Part shown: positions 9,909-20,480 of the stretch, in pieces | Layout: every line of letters begins with the position of its first letter | Position numbering within the stretch: position 1 is the first letter of the stretch | NCBI RefSeq assembly: GCF_044324875.1 | Contig: NZ_CP172185.1 | From: Escherichia coli | GTDB lineage: Bacteria > Pseudomonadota > Gammaproteobacteria > Enterobacterales > Enterobacteriaceae | DNA: 64,000 nucleotides | Strand: one strand, 5' to 3' | Notes under the pieces: generated by a model | Databases searched by the model: none | Seen by the model: only the letters and a program-made list of their open reading frames with translations | Told to the model about the DNA's origin: nothing | Program-made: the position numbers and the translations under genes

Positions 9909-10082
9909 TAGCGATAATTTTACTCATCATCCTTCACATCTGGCTCTGTAGACAGGGTGGTGATCACTTCTGGAGTGAATCCAGATTAAACATCTCATTG
10001 CTGATGCTTGATATTGAGCATCTGGCGCGCGGTAAGGGGCTGCGTTGAGATAAGAGCCAGTCATTAAAAATACCTGGATTTA

Positions 10083-10108
10083 GCCTCGCATTCGCGGGGC
10101 TTTTTTAT
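10083..10108 (+). terminator. Rho-independent terminator downstream of Rz
   Basis: GCCTCGCATTCGCGGGGC hairpin followed by TTTTTTATT. Confidence 0.5.
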
Positions 10109-10540
10109 TGCCATTACAAAAGCCACTCCCTACAGAGTGGCTTTGATAATGGCTTATACCCTACACGGGATAACTTAACTGATATCCCTTTTAACGGATA
10201 AAGGTATTCAAGCCTGACACATCATGCGCTGTATCGTCGCTGTATTCCCGCATTAACCATGACCGTAGCCCGACGGGGAACTCCTTCTGCGCGAGTGTGC
10301 GGGAATAATCAAAAACGATGCACACCGGGTTTTTACCGCGCTAATGATTCGCGGGTTTGTCCCTCATGCTCGCCAGTCCGGTGCGATGGTGGAAGAAACC
10401 GGAAGCTGTATTACAGAAAGTGCTACTACTGTATCCTGATGCGATGTATGTAATGTGAGTCAGATAATGGCACAGGATGTGGTGATGTGGCAGTCTGGAA
10501 CACAGGATATATTGTCAGAATAAGACCCGTAGGAATAAAA

Positions 10541-10867
10541 ATGAAAAGACGCCTTTCACTACTTTTTCTGTTATCTGCCCTGGCAGTGGGATGCTCGCAG
10601 CAAAAAGCTGATGAGCCCCGGCAATTAGTGACGGTGTATCCACGATATCCGGAATATGCTGCAGCAAATTATATCAAGGGGCTGGTTGAGGTTAAGTTCG
10701 ATATTGGTGCTGACGGGACTGTGACACGGATCGTTTTTCTCCGCTCAGAGCCTCATAATTTGTTTCGTGATGAAGTGGTGAAGGCCATGGCGAAATGGAG
10801 ATTTGAAAAGAATAGTCCCCGTCAGGGAGTGAAGAGACAATTTATCTTTACGCCATCACGTCCCTGA
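10541..10867 (+). CDS. Lipoprotein with TonB C-terminal-like domain (moron)
   Basis: Signal/lipobox MKRRLSLLFLLSALAVGC; C-terminal region GLVEVKFDIGADGTVTRIVFLRSEPHNLFRDEVVKAMAKWRFE matches the TonB C-terminal pattern (compare E. coli TonB GQVKVKFDVTPDGRVDNVQIL...FEREVKNAMRRWRYE). Confidence 0.6.
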   Translation: MKRRLSLLFLLSALAVGCSQQKADEPRQLVTVYPRYPEYAAANYIKGLVEVKFDIGADGTVTRIVFLRSEPHNLFRDEVVKAMAKWRFEKNSPRQGVKRQFIFTPSRP

Positions 10868-11231
10868 TGCTTCCAGGTAGAGAGGGGCTGGAAGCAGGAG
10901 AAAAATGAAAGAGCCAGCGGTTATATTTTTGTCATGGCTGACGAGAAATGATGGAAGAAGGCGTTGTATGCCACACAACGCCTCACTGTTCATTTCTTCT
11001 TTTTCTCTGGTGTAACCCGATGAATAAGAGTTGCACTGGTTTCCGATGAGATGGCGATATGCTCGGGCAAAGTATGCTGGCAGTTTTCCAACTGGTCAAA
11101 AATACCTGCTCTCGTCTGTTGCAATGCCTGCAGCATGCGGCGGCAATGCGCCTTTGCTTTTGCTAACCATCTTTCCTTACTCTATCAGTCGCTGCGTGAA
11201 CTCATCATGGAATACCAGGTAAATGCGGATG

Positions 11232-11483
11232 TTATCGGTTTTGGCTACGCAGCATAGTACAAAACGGACAGGTGCATCCCGGAATGGGGGAGGCGTCACA
11301 TGTCCCTGTGATGGTTGTTCCGGGTAATGCACTGTGTGGGGCATAAAAATGTCCGATAATTTTACTTTCTACCGCAGTTAGTTGATTCGTTGGTCCTGGT
11401 AGCACATTGGGCGAGGGTTTAAATGCCAGGCAACTGAAGGATGATGTTGCAAGGGAGATAGCGAGAATATTTCTGATTTTCAT
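11232..11483 (-). CDS. Small secreted Cys-rich protein (83 aa), opposite strand
   Basis: Signal peptide MKIRNILAISLATSSFSCLA; convergent with upstream lipoprotein gene; function unknown. Confidence 0.4.
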   Translation of the reverse strand: MKIRNILAISLATSSFSCLAFKPSPNVLPGPTNQLTAVESKIIGHFYAPHSALPGTTITGTCDASPIPGCTCPFCTMLRSQNR

Positions 11484-11634
11484 TTGATGATGCCTCTGTG
11501 TGAAATGACGGTAAACGACGCACTTGTGCCGGCACATAATAGCAAGCATCAGAATAGATCAGATTCGATTCTTGCTGTAAGTGATAATTATTCTCGTTTT
11601 TTTCGGGTCCTTTCCGGCGATCCAACAGGTTACG

Positions 11635-11646
11635 GGGCGTCGACCT
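11635..11646 (+). other. cosN-like cohesive-end site
   Basis: ACGGGGCGTCGACCTCGCG differs at one base from recalled lambda cos ACGGGGCGGCGACCTCGCG; about 190 bp upstream of Nu1. Confidence 0.5.
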
Positions 11647-11838
11647 CGCGCAAAACAACTCCTTATGAAATTTTTACGGGAAATTCAGATCCGTTCTTCT
11701 TTCTTGTAAGTCATTGTGTATATTGAATTTTATTTGTTCTGAGAAAGGATCTGATAAGGCTTCGTTTCGCCTGAAAAGGCAGTTTTAAGATCCTTTCTTA
11801 AAAAAACGGGTCATTTTCTTGCTGGAGGGGATGCTGGT

Positions 11839-12387
11839 GTGAGGGTTAACAAGAAAAAGCTGGCTGAGATTTTTGATGTTGATGTGCGGACTATATCCAC
11901 CTGGCAAAATCAGGGGCTGCCGCTGATATCAGGCGGCGGGAAAGGGAATGAAGCGATTTTTGATACGGGAAAAGCGATTGAGTGGTTCGCTCAGCGTGAG
12001 GCCGACATTGAAAATGAAAAACTTCGTAAGGAAGTCGACGATATGCGCGTGGCTGCTGAGTCGGATCTGCAGCCCGGTACGATTGATTACGAACGCTACC
12101 GTCTCACAAAAGCACAGGCAGATGCGCAGGAACTGAAAAATGCTCGTGAGGAAGGGCTGGTTCTTGAAACGGAATTATTTACCTACATTTTTCAGCGAGT
12201 TGCGCAGAATATATCCGGGATCCTTGTTCGTGTTCCGCAGACACTGCAGCGTAAATACCCTGATATATCACCAGCACATCTTGATGCTGTGAAAACTGAA
12301 ATCGCGAAAGCATCCGATGTGGCTTCTGAATCAGGTGAGAATGTGTGCAGGTGGATTGATGATTTCAGACGAGCTGAGGGCGGCTAA
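11839..12387 (+). CDS. nu1: Terminase small subunit (lambda Nu1-like)
   Basis: [41 protein letters not shown] closely parallels lambda Nu1 N-terminus; GTG start. Confidence 0.85.
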   Translation: MRVNKKKLAEIFDVDVRTISTWQNQGLPLISGGGKGNEAIFDTGKAIEWFAQREADIENEKLRKEVDDMRVAAESDLQPGTIDYERYRLTKAQADAQELKNAREEGLVLETELFTYIFQRVAQNISGILVRVPQTLQRKYPDISPAHLDAVKTEIAKASDVASESGENVCRWIDDFRRAEGG

Positions 12388-14287
12388 CTCTACAGGAGCG
12401 ATAACGACTGGTCTCCTTGCGCTAAAAATTCCTGTACCCCTGACGACAGTTCAGTGGGCAGATCAACATTATTACCTGCCGAAAGAGTCGTCTTACACAC
12501 CAGGGCGGTGGGAAACATTGCCGTTTCAGGTTGCCATAATGAACAGTATGGGTAATGACCTGATCCGCACTGTTAATCTGATTAAATCTGCCCGTGTTGG
12601 TTATACAAAAATGCTGTTGGGAGTGGAGGCTTATTTTATTGAGCATAAATCCCGCAACAGTCTGCTTTTTCAGCCCACGGACTCAGCTGCTGAAGATTTT
12701 ATGAAATCTCATGTTGAGCCAACGATAAGGGATGTTCCTGCATTGCTGGAGCTGGCTCCATGGTTCGGAAGAAAACACCGCGATAATACGCTCACCCTGA
12801 AGCGTTTTTCCTCCGGTGTGGGGTTCTGGTGTCTGGGTGGTGCGGCAGCAAAAAATTACCGTGAAAAATCCGTGGATGTGGTCTGTTATGACGAGCTTTC
12901 CTCGTTCGAACCGGATGTTGAAAAAGAGGGCTCGCCAACCCTGCTGGGGGATAAGCGTATTGAGGGCTCTGTATGGCCAAAATCCATTCGCGGCTCGACG
13001 CCTAAAATCAAAGGCTCCTGCCAGATCGAAAAAGCCGCTAACGAGTCGGCACATTTCATGCGTTTTTATGTGCCCTGCCCGCACTGTGGGGAGGAGCAGT
13101 ATCTGAAATTTGGTGATGATGCCTCGCCTTTCGGTCTTAAGTGGGAGAAGGACAGCCCCGAAAGCGTTTTCTACCTTTGTGAGCATCATGGCTGTGTGAT
13201 CCATCAGTCTGAGCTTGACCAGAGTAACGGGCGGTGGATCTGTGAAAACACGGGGATGTGGACCCGTGACGGCCTGATGTTTTTCAGCGCCCGGGGTGAT
13301 GAAATTCCGCCGCCGCGCTCCATCACTTTCCATATCTGGACGGCGTACAGTCCGTTCACCACCTGGGTACAGATAGTCTATGACTGGCTGGATGCACTGA
13401 AAGATCCCAACGGCCTGAAAACCTTTGTGAACACCACGCTGGGCGAGACCTGGGAAGAGGCCGTGGGCGAAAAACTCGATCACCAGGTACTGATGGATAA
13501 GGTTGTGCGTTACACGGCGGCGGTGCCTGCCCGGGTGGTTTATCTGACGGCGGGCATTGACTCGCAGCGAAACCGTTTTGAGATGTATGTCTGGGGATGG
13601 GCTCCGGGAGAGGAAGCCTTTCTGGTGGATAAAATCATTATTATGGGGCGTCCCGATGAGGAAGAGACGCTGTTACGTGTGGATGCAGCGATCAACAAAA
13701 AATACTGCCATGCAGACGGAACCGAAATGACCATTTCCCGTGTCTGCTGGGACATCGGGGGGATCGATGGAGAAATCGTTTATCAGAGGTCAAAAAAACA
13801 CGGTGTTTTCCGGGTGCTGCCGGTAAAAGGCGCATCTGTCTATGGCAAGCCGGTGATCACCATGCCAAAAACCCGCAATCAGCGGGGCGTGTATCTGTGT
13901 GAAGTGGGCACGGACACCGCAAAAGAAATTCTCTATGCCCGTATGAAAGCCGCTCCCACGCCTGCGGATGAATCCACGTCGTATGCCATCCGTTTTCCTG
14001 ATGATCCGGAGATTTTTTCGCAGACAGAGGCGCAGCAACTGGTCGCGGAAGAGCTTGTGGAGAAGTGGGAAAAAGGAAAGATGCGTCTGCTGTGGGATAA
14101 CAAAAAGCGGCGTAACGAAGCGCTGGACTGCCTGGTGTATGCCTACGCGGCATTACGTGTGTCCGTGCAACGCTGGCAGCTTGATCTGGCTGTACTGGCA
14201 AAATCCCGGGAAGAAGAGACGACCCGGCCAACCCTTAAAGAACTGGCAGCGAAGCTGTCCGGAGGAGTGAATGGTTACAGTCGCTGA
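12359..14287 (+). CDS. A: Terminase large subunit (lambda gpA-like)
   Basis: Collinear with lambda A ([39 protein letters not shown]); start chosen by alignment (ORF track begins 12317). Confidence 0.9.
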   Translation: MISDELRAANSTGAITTGLLALKIPVPLTTVQWADQHYYLPKESSYTPGRWETLPFQVAIMNSMGNDLIRTVNLIKSARVGYTKMLLGVEAYFIEHKSRNSLLFQPTDSAAEDFMKSHVEPTIRDVPALLELAPWFGRKHRDNTLTLKRFSSGVGFWCLGGAAAKNYREKSVDVVCYDELSSFEPDVEKEGSPTLLGDKRIEGSVWPKSIRGSTPKIKGSCQIEKAANESAHFMRFYVPCPHCGEEQYLKFGDDASPFGLKWEKDSPESVFYLCEHHGCVIHQSELDQSNGRWICENTGMWTRDGLMFFSARGDEIPPPRSITFHIWTAYSPFTTWVQIVYDWLDALKDPNGLKTFVNTTLGETWEEAVGEKLDHQVLMDKVVRYTAAVPARVVYLTAGIDSQRNRFEMYVWGWAPGEEAFLVDKIIIMGRPDEEETLLRVDAAINKKYCHADGTEMTISRVCWDIGGIDGEIVYQRSKKHGVFRVLPVKGASVYGKPVITMPKTRNQRGVYLCEVGTDTAKEILYARMKAAPTPADESTSYAIRFPDDPEIFSQTEAQQLVAEELVEKWEKGKMRLLWDNKKRRNEALDCLVYAYAALRVSVQRWQLDLAVLAKSREEETTRPTLKELAAKLSGGVNGYSR

Positions 14288-14477
14288 ACTGCAGGCGCTG
14301 CGTCAGGCGCGCCTTGATTTATTAACCGGTAAACGGGTGGTGTCTGTCCAGAAAGATGGTCGCAGAATTGAATATACGGCGGCTTCTCTGGATGAGCTTA
14401 ACCGGGCGATCAATGATGCGGAGTCGGTACTGGGGACAACCCGACGTCGCCGTCGTCCGCTGGGAGTGAGGTTATGA
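14271..14477 (+). CDS. W: Head-tail joining protein (lambda gpW-like)
   Basis: 68 aa; LTGKRVVSVQKDGRRIEYT resembles lambda W. Confidence 0.85.
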   Translation: MVTVAELQALRQARLDLLTGKRVVSVQKDGRRIEYTAASLDELNRAINDAESVLGTTRRRRRPLGVRL

Positions 14478-16066
14478 AAAGAACGCCTGTCCTGATTGAT
14501 GTGAACGGCGTTCCGCTTCGTGAGAGTCTCAGCTACAACGGGGGCGGCGCAGGATTTGGCGGGCAAATGGCGGAGTGGTTGCCACCGGCGCAGAGTGTCG
14601 ATGCGGCCCTGCTGCCCGCGTTGCGTCTGGGGAATGCCCGGGCAGATGATCTGGTGCGCAATAACGGAATAGCGGCTAATGCGGTGGCCCTGCATAAGGA
14701 TCACATAGTCGGGCATATGTTTCTGATCAGCTACCGTCCGAACTGGCGCTGGCTGGGGATGCGGGAGACCGCAGCAAAAAGCTTTGTCGATGAGGTGGAG
14801 GCGGCCTGGTCGGAATACGCCGAAGGGATGTCTGGCGAGATCGACGTGGAAGGAAAACGCACGTTCACGGAATTTATCCGGGAAGGCGTGGGCGTTCATG
14901 CGTTTAACGGCGAAATCTTTGTGCAGCCGGTCTGGGATGCGGAGACTACGCAGCTGTTTCGTACGCGTTTTAAAGCCGTGAGTCCGAAACGGGTGGACAC
15001 GCCTGGACACGGTATGGGGAACCGCTTTCTGCGGGCCGGGGTGGAGGTCGATCGGCATGGACGGGCCGTTGCGTACCATATCTGTGAGGATGATTTTCCG
15101 CTCTCTGGTAGTGGACGATGGGAACGGATCCCGCGTGAACTTCCCACCGGGCGTCCGGCCATGCTGCATATTTTCGAGCCGGTTGAGGACGGGCAGACCC
15201 GTGGGGCTAATCAGTTTTACAGCGTCATGGAACGGCTGAAAATGCTCGATTCCCTGCAGGCAACACAGCTTCAGTCAGCCATAGTGAAGGCGATGTATGC
15301 AGCGACGATTGAAAGTGAACTTGATACCGAAAAGGCCTTTGAATATATCGCCGGTGCGCCGGAGGGGCAGAAGGATAATCCGCTTATTAATATTCTGGAG
15401 AAGTTCTCCAGCTGGTATGACACGAATAACGTGACACTGGGCGGTGTCAAAATTCCGCACCTTTTCCCCGGTGATGATCTGAAACTACAGACTGCGCAGG
15501 ATTCAGACAATGGATTTTCTGCGCTTGAACAGGCGCTGCTGCGGTATATCGCCGCCGGTCTTGGCGTTTCCTACGAACAGTTGTCCCGTGATTACTCGAA
15601 GGTCAGTTATTCAAGTGCCCGCGCCTCCGCCAATGAGTCGTGGCGCTATTTTATGGGGCGGCGAAAATTTATTGCGGCCCGGCTGGCCACGCAGATGTTT
15701 TCCTGCTGGCTGGAAGAGGCTCTTCTGCGGGGGATTATTCGTCCGCCACGGGCGCGTTTTGATTTTTATCAGGCGCGTTCATCCTGGTCACGGGCAGAGT
15801 GGATTGGAGCCGGAAGAATGGCCATTGACGGGCTCAAGGAGGTCCAGGAATCGGTGATGCGCATTGAGGCCGGACTGAGCACGTATGAGAAAGAGCTGGC
15901 GCTGATGGGTGAGGATTATCAGGACATTTTCCGCCAGCAGGTCAGGGAATCTGCAGAGCGGGAAAAAGCCGGACTCTCACGTCCGGTGTGGATAGCGCAG
16001 GCGTATCAGCAGCAGATAGCGGCGAGTCGCAGGCCGGAAGAGGAGACAACACCACGTGAGACGTAA
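14474..16066 (+). CDS. B: Portal protein (lambda gpB-like)
   Basis: 530 aa; position and size as lambda B. Confidence 0.9.
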   Translation: MKRTPVLIDVNGVPLRESLSYNGGGAGFGGQMAEWLPPAQSVDAALLPALRLGNARADDLVRNNGIAANAVALHKDHIVGHMFLISYRPNWRWLGMRETAAKSFVDEVEAAWSEYAEGMSGEIDVEGKRTFTEFIREGVGVHAFNGEIFVQPVWDAETTQLFRTRFKAVSPKRVDTPGHGMGNRFLRAGVEVDRHGRAVAYHICEDDFPLSGSGRWERIPRELPTGRPAMLHIFEPVEDGQTRGANQFYSVMERLKMLDSLQATQLQSAIVKAMYAATIESELDTEKAFEYIAGAPEGQKDNPLINILEKFSSWYDTNNVTLGGVKIPHLFPGDDLKLQTAQDSDNGFSALEQALLRYIAAGLGVSYEQLSRDYSKVSYSSARASANESWRYFMGRRKFIAARLATQMFSCWLEEALLRGIIRPPRARFDFYQARSSWSRAEWIGAGRMAIDGLKEVQESVMRIEAGLSTYEKELALMGEDYQDIFRQQVRESAEREKAGLSRPVWIAQAYQQQIAASRRPEEETTPRET

Positions 16067-17561
16067 TCTTTCACACATTATTGCCGCAGCATTCAATGAA
16101 CCGCTGCTTCTGGAGCCCGCCTATGCGCGGGTTTTCTTTTGCGCGCTCGGGCGCGAGATGGGGGCAGCAAGTCTTTCGGTACCACAACAGCAGGTACAGC
16201 TTGATGCTCCCGGAATGCTGGCTGAAACGGACGAGTACATGGCCGGAGGTAAACGACCGGCCCGTGTTTACCGGGTGGTGAACGGTATTGCTGTACTGCC
16301 GGTGACCGGCATGCTGGTGCACCGGCTGGGTGGTATGCGGCCATTTTCCGGAATGACAGGCTATGACGGCATTGTCGCCTGTCTTCAGCAGGCAATGGCG
16401 GACACCGCTGTCCGGGGCGTACTGCTGGACATTGACAGTCCGGGCGGGCAGGCCGCAGGCGCGTTTGACTGTGCTGACATGATTTACCGCCTCCGTCAGC
16501 AGAAGCCGGTCTGGGCACTGTGCAATGACACGGCCTGTTCTGCAGCCATGCTGCTGGCGTCGGCCTGCTCCCGACGGCTGGTTACCCAGACATCCCGTAT
16601 CGGCTCCATTGGCGTGATGATGAGCCATCTCAGCTATGCCGGTCATCTGGCGCAGGCCGGTGTGGATATCACGCTGATTTATGCCGGGGCGCACAAGGTG
16701 GATGGCAATCAGTTTGAAGCCTTACCGGAAGAGGTGCGTCAGGACATGCAGCAGCGCATTGATGCGGCACACCGGATGTTTGCCGAAAAAGTGGCGATGT
16801 ATACCGGGCTGTCTGTGGATGTGGTCACGGGAACAGAGGCCGCCGTTTTTGAAGGTCAGTCCGGCATTGAGGCCGGGCTGGCGGATGAATTAGTCAATGC
16901 GTCGGATGCCATCAGTGTGATGACCACGGCGCTGTACACACATGATACAGGAGGCACTATGCCGCAATTAACTGCAACGGAAGCCGCCGTGCAGGAGAAC
17001 CAGCGAGTGATGGGGATCCTGACGAGTAAGGAAGCGAAAGGACGTGAACAGCTTGCCACGATGCTGGCGGGACAACAGGGCATGAGCGTTGAACAGGCCC
17101 GGGAGATCCTGGCCGCGGCGGCACCACAGCAGCCGGTGGCATCCGCGCAGAGTGAAGCCGATCGCATTATGGCGTGTGAAGAGGCGAAAGGTCGTGAACA
17201 ACTGGCGGCAACGCTGGCGGCGATGCCGGAGATGACGGTGGAAAAAGCCCGCCCGATCCTGGCAGCTTCACCGCAGGCGGATGCCGGACCATCACTCCGT
17301 GATCAGATCATGGCCCTGGATGAGGCAAAAGGGGCTGAGGCGCAGGCTGAACAGCTGGCTGCCTGCCCGGGAATGACCGTGGAGAACGCCCGGGCTGTGC
17401 TGGCTGCGGGGTCAGGTAAGGCAGAACCGGTCTCTGCATCCACAACCGCCATGTTTGAACATTTCATGGCGAACCATTCACCGGCAGCGGTACAGGGTGG
17501 CGTGCCACAGACGTCAGCAGACGGTGATGCGGACGTGAAAATGCTCATGGCCATGCCATGA
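16056..17561 (+). CDS. C: Head maturation protease/scaffold (lambda gpC/Nu3-like, S49 family) with C-terminal tandem repeats
   Basis: 501 aa; ClpP/S49-like N-terminal half; C-terminus has three repeats EAKGREQLA...ILAA. Confidence 0.85.
   Translation: MRRNLSHIIAAAFNEPLLLEPAYARVFFCALGREMGAASLSVPQQQVQLDAPGMLAETDEYMAGGKRPARVYRVVNGIAVLPVTGMLVHRLGGMRPFSGMTGYDGIVACLQQAMADTAVRGVLLDIDSPGGQAAGAFDCADMIYRLRQQKPVWALCNDTACSAAMLLASACSRRLVTQTSRIGSIGVMMSHLSYAGHLAQAGVDITLIYAGAHKVDGNQFEALPEEVRQDMQQRIDAAHRMFAEKVAMYTGLSVDVVTGTEAAVFEGQSGIEAGLADELVNASDAISVMTTALYTHDTGGTMPQLTATEAAVQENQRVMGILTSKEAKGREQLATMLAGQQGMSVEQAREILAAAAPQQPVASAQSEADRIMACEEAKGREQLAATLAAMPEMTVEKARPILAASPQADAGPSLRDQIMALDEAKGAEAQAEQLAACPGMTVENARAVLAAGSGKAEPVSASTTAMFEHFMANHSPAAVQGGVPQTSADGDADVKMLMAMP
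17031..17420 (+). repeat. Three in-frame tandem repeats (about 147 nt) in C/Nu3 C-terminus
   Basis: Repeated peptide units EAKGREQLATMLAGQQGMSVEQAREILAAAAP / EAKGREQLAATLAAMPEMTVEKARPILAASPQ / EAKGAEAQAEQLAACPGMTVENARAVLAAGSG. Confidence 0.7.
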
Positions 17562-17597
17562 AGTCAGTGCTGACCATCAATATGAGGTTTTGACAAT

Positions 17598-17945
17598 ATG
17601 GTGACGAAAACCATCACTGAACAGCGTGCGGAAGTACGTATTTTTGCCGGTAATGATCCGGCTCACACCGCCACAGGCAGCAGCGGGATTTCCTCGGCAA
17701 CACCGGCACTGACGCCCCTGATGCTGGATGAAGCCACCGGGAAACTGGTGGTCTGGGACGGACAGAAAGCCGGAGGTGCGGTTGGCATACTGGTACTGCC
17801 GCTTGAAGGCACAGAGACGGTGCTGACGTATTACAAGTCGGGGACTTTTGCGACGGAGGCAATCCGCTGGCCTGACAGTGTGGATGAACACAAAAAGGCC
17901 AACGCCTTTGCCGGGAGTGCCCTGAGTCACGCGGCGCTGCCGTAA
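17598..17945 (+). CDS. D: Head decoration protein (lambda gpD-like)
   Basis: 115 aa; NDPAHTATGSSGISSATPALTPLMLD parallels lambda D. Confidence 0.85.
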   Translation: MVTKTITEQRAEVRIFAGNDPAHTATGSSGISSATPALTPLMLDEATGKLVVWDGQKAGGAVGILVLPLEGTETVLTYYKSGTFATEAIRWPDSVDEHKKANAFAGSALSHAALP

Positions 17946-18002
17946 CACGTTATCAGGCCACCGCGGTGGCCTGACTGATTTCAGAATGAAAGGAACTGAT
18001 TT

Positions 18003-19031
18003 ATGGGATTGTTTACGACCCGCCAGTTACTCGGTTATACCGAACAAAAAGTGAAATTTCGTGCGCTGTTTCTGGAGCTGTTTTTCCGCCGTACGGTGAA
18101 TTTCCATACCGAAGAGGTGATGCTGGACAAAATTACCGGAAAAACGCCGGTGGCGGCCTATGTCTCCCCGGTTGTTGAAGGAAAAGTGCTGCGTCATCGT
18201 GGTGGTGAAACCCGCGTCTTGCGTCCGGGCTACGTCAAGCCGAAACACGAATTTAATTCCCGGCAGGCGGTTGAGCGCCTTCCTGGTGAAGATCCGGCTC
18301 AACTGAACGATCCGGCTTACCGCCGTCTGCGTATCATTACCGATAACCTCAAACAGGAAGAGCACGCGATTGTCCAGGTGGAAGAAATGCAGGCGGTAAA
18401 TGCCGTGCTGTATGGCAAATACACCATGGAAGGAGACCAGTTCGAGAAAATTGAGGTCGATTTTGGCAGATCGCCGGCGAATAACATTACGCAGGCCAGT
18501 GGTAAAAAATGGTCTGAGCACGATCGTGACACGTTCGATCCTGCGCATGATATTGACCTCTACTGCGACCAGGCCAGCGGCCTTGTGAATATTGCCATTA
18601 TGGACGGTACCGTCTGGCGTCTGCTGAATGGTTTTAAGCTGTTCCGCGAAAAACTGGATACCCGTCGCGGTTCAAATTCGCAACTCGAAACGGCAGTGAA
18701 AGACCTGGGGGCGGTGGTGTCTTTCAAAGGGTATTACGGTGATCTGGCCATTGTGGTGGCGAAAACGTCTTATGTGGCAGAGGACGGTACCGAAAAACGT
18801 TATCTGCCAGACGGCACGCTGGTCCTGGGGAATACTGCTGCAGATGGGATCCGTTGTTACGGTGCCATTCAGGATGCACAGGCGTTGTCTGAAGGAGTGG
18901 TGGCCTCTTCCCGTTATCCGAAACACTGGCTGACGGTGGGGGATCCCGGCCGTGAATTTACCATGACGCAGTCCGCGCCGCTGATGGTGTTGCCGGACCC
19001 GGATGAGTTTGTGGTGGTACAGGTGAAATAA
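18003..19031 (+). CDS. E: Major capsid protein (lambda gpE-like)
   Basis: 342 aa; position and size as lambda E. Confidence 0.9.
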   Translation: MGLFTTRQLLGYTEQKVKFRALFLELFFRRTVNFHTEEVMLDKITGKTPVAAYVSPVVEGKVLRHRGGETRVLRPGYVKPKHEFNSRQAVERLPGEDPAQLNDPAYRRLRIITDNLKQEEHAIVQVEEMQAVNAVLYGKYTMEGDQFEKIEVDFGRSPANNITQASGKKWSEHDRDTFDPAHDIDLYCDQASGLVNIAIMDGTVWRLLNGFKLFREKLDTRRGSNSQLETAVKDLGAVVSFKGYYGDLAIVVAKTSYVAEDGTEKRYLPDGTLVLGNTAADGIRCYGAIQDAQALSEGVVASSRYPKHWLTVGDPGREFTMTQSAPLMVLPDPDEFVVVQVK

Positions 19032-19082
19032 TCCGTGAGCGGGGGCGAAATGCCCCCGTGTCTTTTTTCACAGGGGGCTGAT

Positions 19083-19445
19083 ATGGCAACGAAAGAGCAA
19101 AATCTGAAACGGCTTGATGAACTGGCCCGGATTCTGGGGCGTGAGCCGGATATATCCGGGAGTGCCGCAGAGATAGCGCAGCGGGTGGCGGAATGGGAAG
19201 AGGAAGCAGAGGACAAAAACCAGGAGAGTGATGAGAACGAAAGGCATTTGATGACGTATAGCTACTCCACTGGCGGGGATGAAATGAGCACTGTTCGTGT
19301 ACTCAAAACCCTGCATGTGGCGGGAAAACATCCGCATGATGACAGTGATATGGAGATTGTTGTTACAGGTATGACTGTCAGAGTTGATCCAGTGAATGTT
19401 GCGGAACTTGTCCTGGAGGGGCTTGTTACAGATGAAAGTTATTAA
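19083..19445 (+). CDS. DNA-packaging protein FI-like
   Basis: Position between E and FII; acidic middle region; ATG 19083 chosen over upstream starts. Confidence 0.5.
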   Translation: MATKEQNLKRLDELARILGREPDISGSAAEIAQRVAEWEEEAEDKNQESDENERHLMTYSYSTGGDEMSTVRVLKTLHVAGKHPHDDSDMEIVVTGMTVRVDPVNVAELVLEGLVTDESY

Positions 19446-19794
19446 TATCAGGGATAACGGTTTTGATACAGCCATTGCCCGGGCTGATGAAACGATACGC
19501 GGGCATATGGGAACGTCAGCCACCATTACATCCGGTGAGCAGCCCGGCGCAGTAATACGTGGTGTTTTTGATGACCCTGAAAATATCAGCTATGCCGGAC
19601 AGGGCGTGCGCGTTGAAGGCTCCAGCCCGTCCCTGTTTGTCCGGACTGATGATGTGCGGCAACTGCGGCGTGGAGACACGCTGACCATCGGTGAGGAAAA
19701 CTTCTGGATAGACCGGGTTTCGCCGGATGATGGCGGAAGCTGTCATCTGTGGCTGGAGCGGGGAGCGCCGCCTGCCACGGCGCGCCGACGCTGA
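19432..19794 (+). CDS. FII: Head-tail connector (lambda gpFII-like)
   Basis: TAIARADETIRGHMGTSATITSGEQPGAVIRGVFDDPENISYAGQGVRVEGSSPSLFVRTDDVRQLRRGDTLTIGEENFW nearly identical to recalled lambda FII. Confidence 0.85.
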   Translation: MKVINIRDNGFDTAIARADETIRGHMGTSATITSGEQPGAVIRGVFDDPENISYAGQGVRVEGSSPSLFVRTDDVRQLRRGDTLTIGEENFWIDRVSPDDGGSCHLWLERGAPPATARRR

Positions 19795-20114
19795 GGGAGT
19801 GAGTATGTATATCCGGGGTATGGAAAATGCCATTGAAAACCTGAGCCGTATTAACCGCAGTGCGGTACCCGGTGCGGCGGCGATGGCCTTAAACCGGCTG
19901 GGTTCTGCAGTCACTGCGCAATCGGCATCACAGGTATCCCGTGAGGTCAAAATCCCACGGAAATTTGTCCGTGAAAGGATGAAGCTAAAAAAGGCCACAC
20001 CAAAAAATCAGTCTGTCCGGATCTAGACTGGCCCCCTGAATCTCCAGACAACCAGTATCACTTAAATAAGTGATAGTCTTAATACTAGTTTTTAGACTAG
20101 TCATTGGAGAACAG

Positions 20115-20480
20115 ATGATTGATGTCTTAGGGCCGGAGAAACGCAGACGGCGTACCACACAGGAAAAGATCGCAATTGTTCAGCAGAGCTTTGAACCGGG
20201 GATGACGGTCTCCCTCGTTGCCCGGCAACATGGTGTAGCAGCCAGCCAGTTATTTCTCTGGCGTAAGCAATACCAGGAAGGAAGTCTTACTGCTGTCGCC
20301 GCCGGAGAACAGGTTGTTCCTGCCTCTGAACTTGCTGCCGCCATGAAGCAGATTAAAGAACTCCAGCGCCTGCTCGGCAAGAAAACGATGGAAAATGAAC
20401 TCCTCAAAGAAGCCGTTGAATATGGACGGGCAAAAAAGTGGATAGCGCACGCGCCCTTATTGCCCGGGGATGGGGAGTAA
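20115..20480 (+). CDS. insC: IS2 transposase OrfA (InsC)
   Basis: [26 protein letters not shown]... recognised as IS2 InsC. Confidence 0.85.

Noticed and set aside
10259-10453. 64-aa plus-strand ORF in the post-Rz intergenic region
   Set aside because: Cys/Arg-rich, no RBS and no signal; likely non-coding.
12683-13483. 266-aa minus-strand ORF
   Set aside because: Antisense to the terminase large subunit gene; no independent support.
14303-15169. 288-aa minus-strand ORF
   Set aside because: Antisense to the portal gene; Arg/Pro-rich low-complexity translation typical of antisense artefacts.
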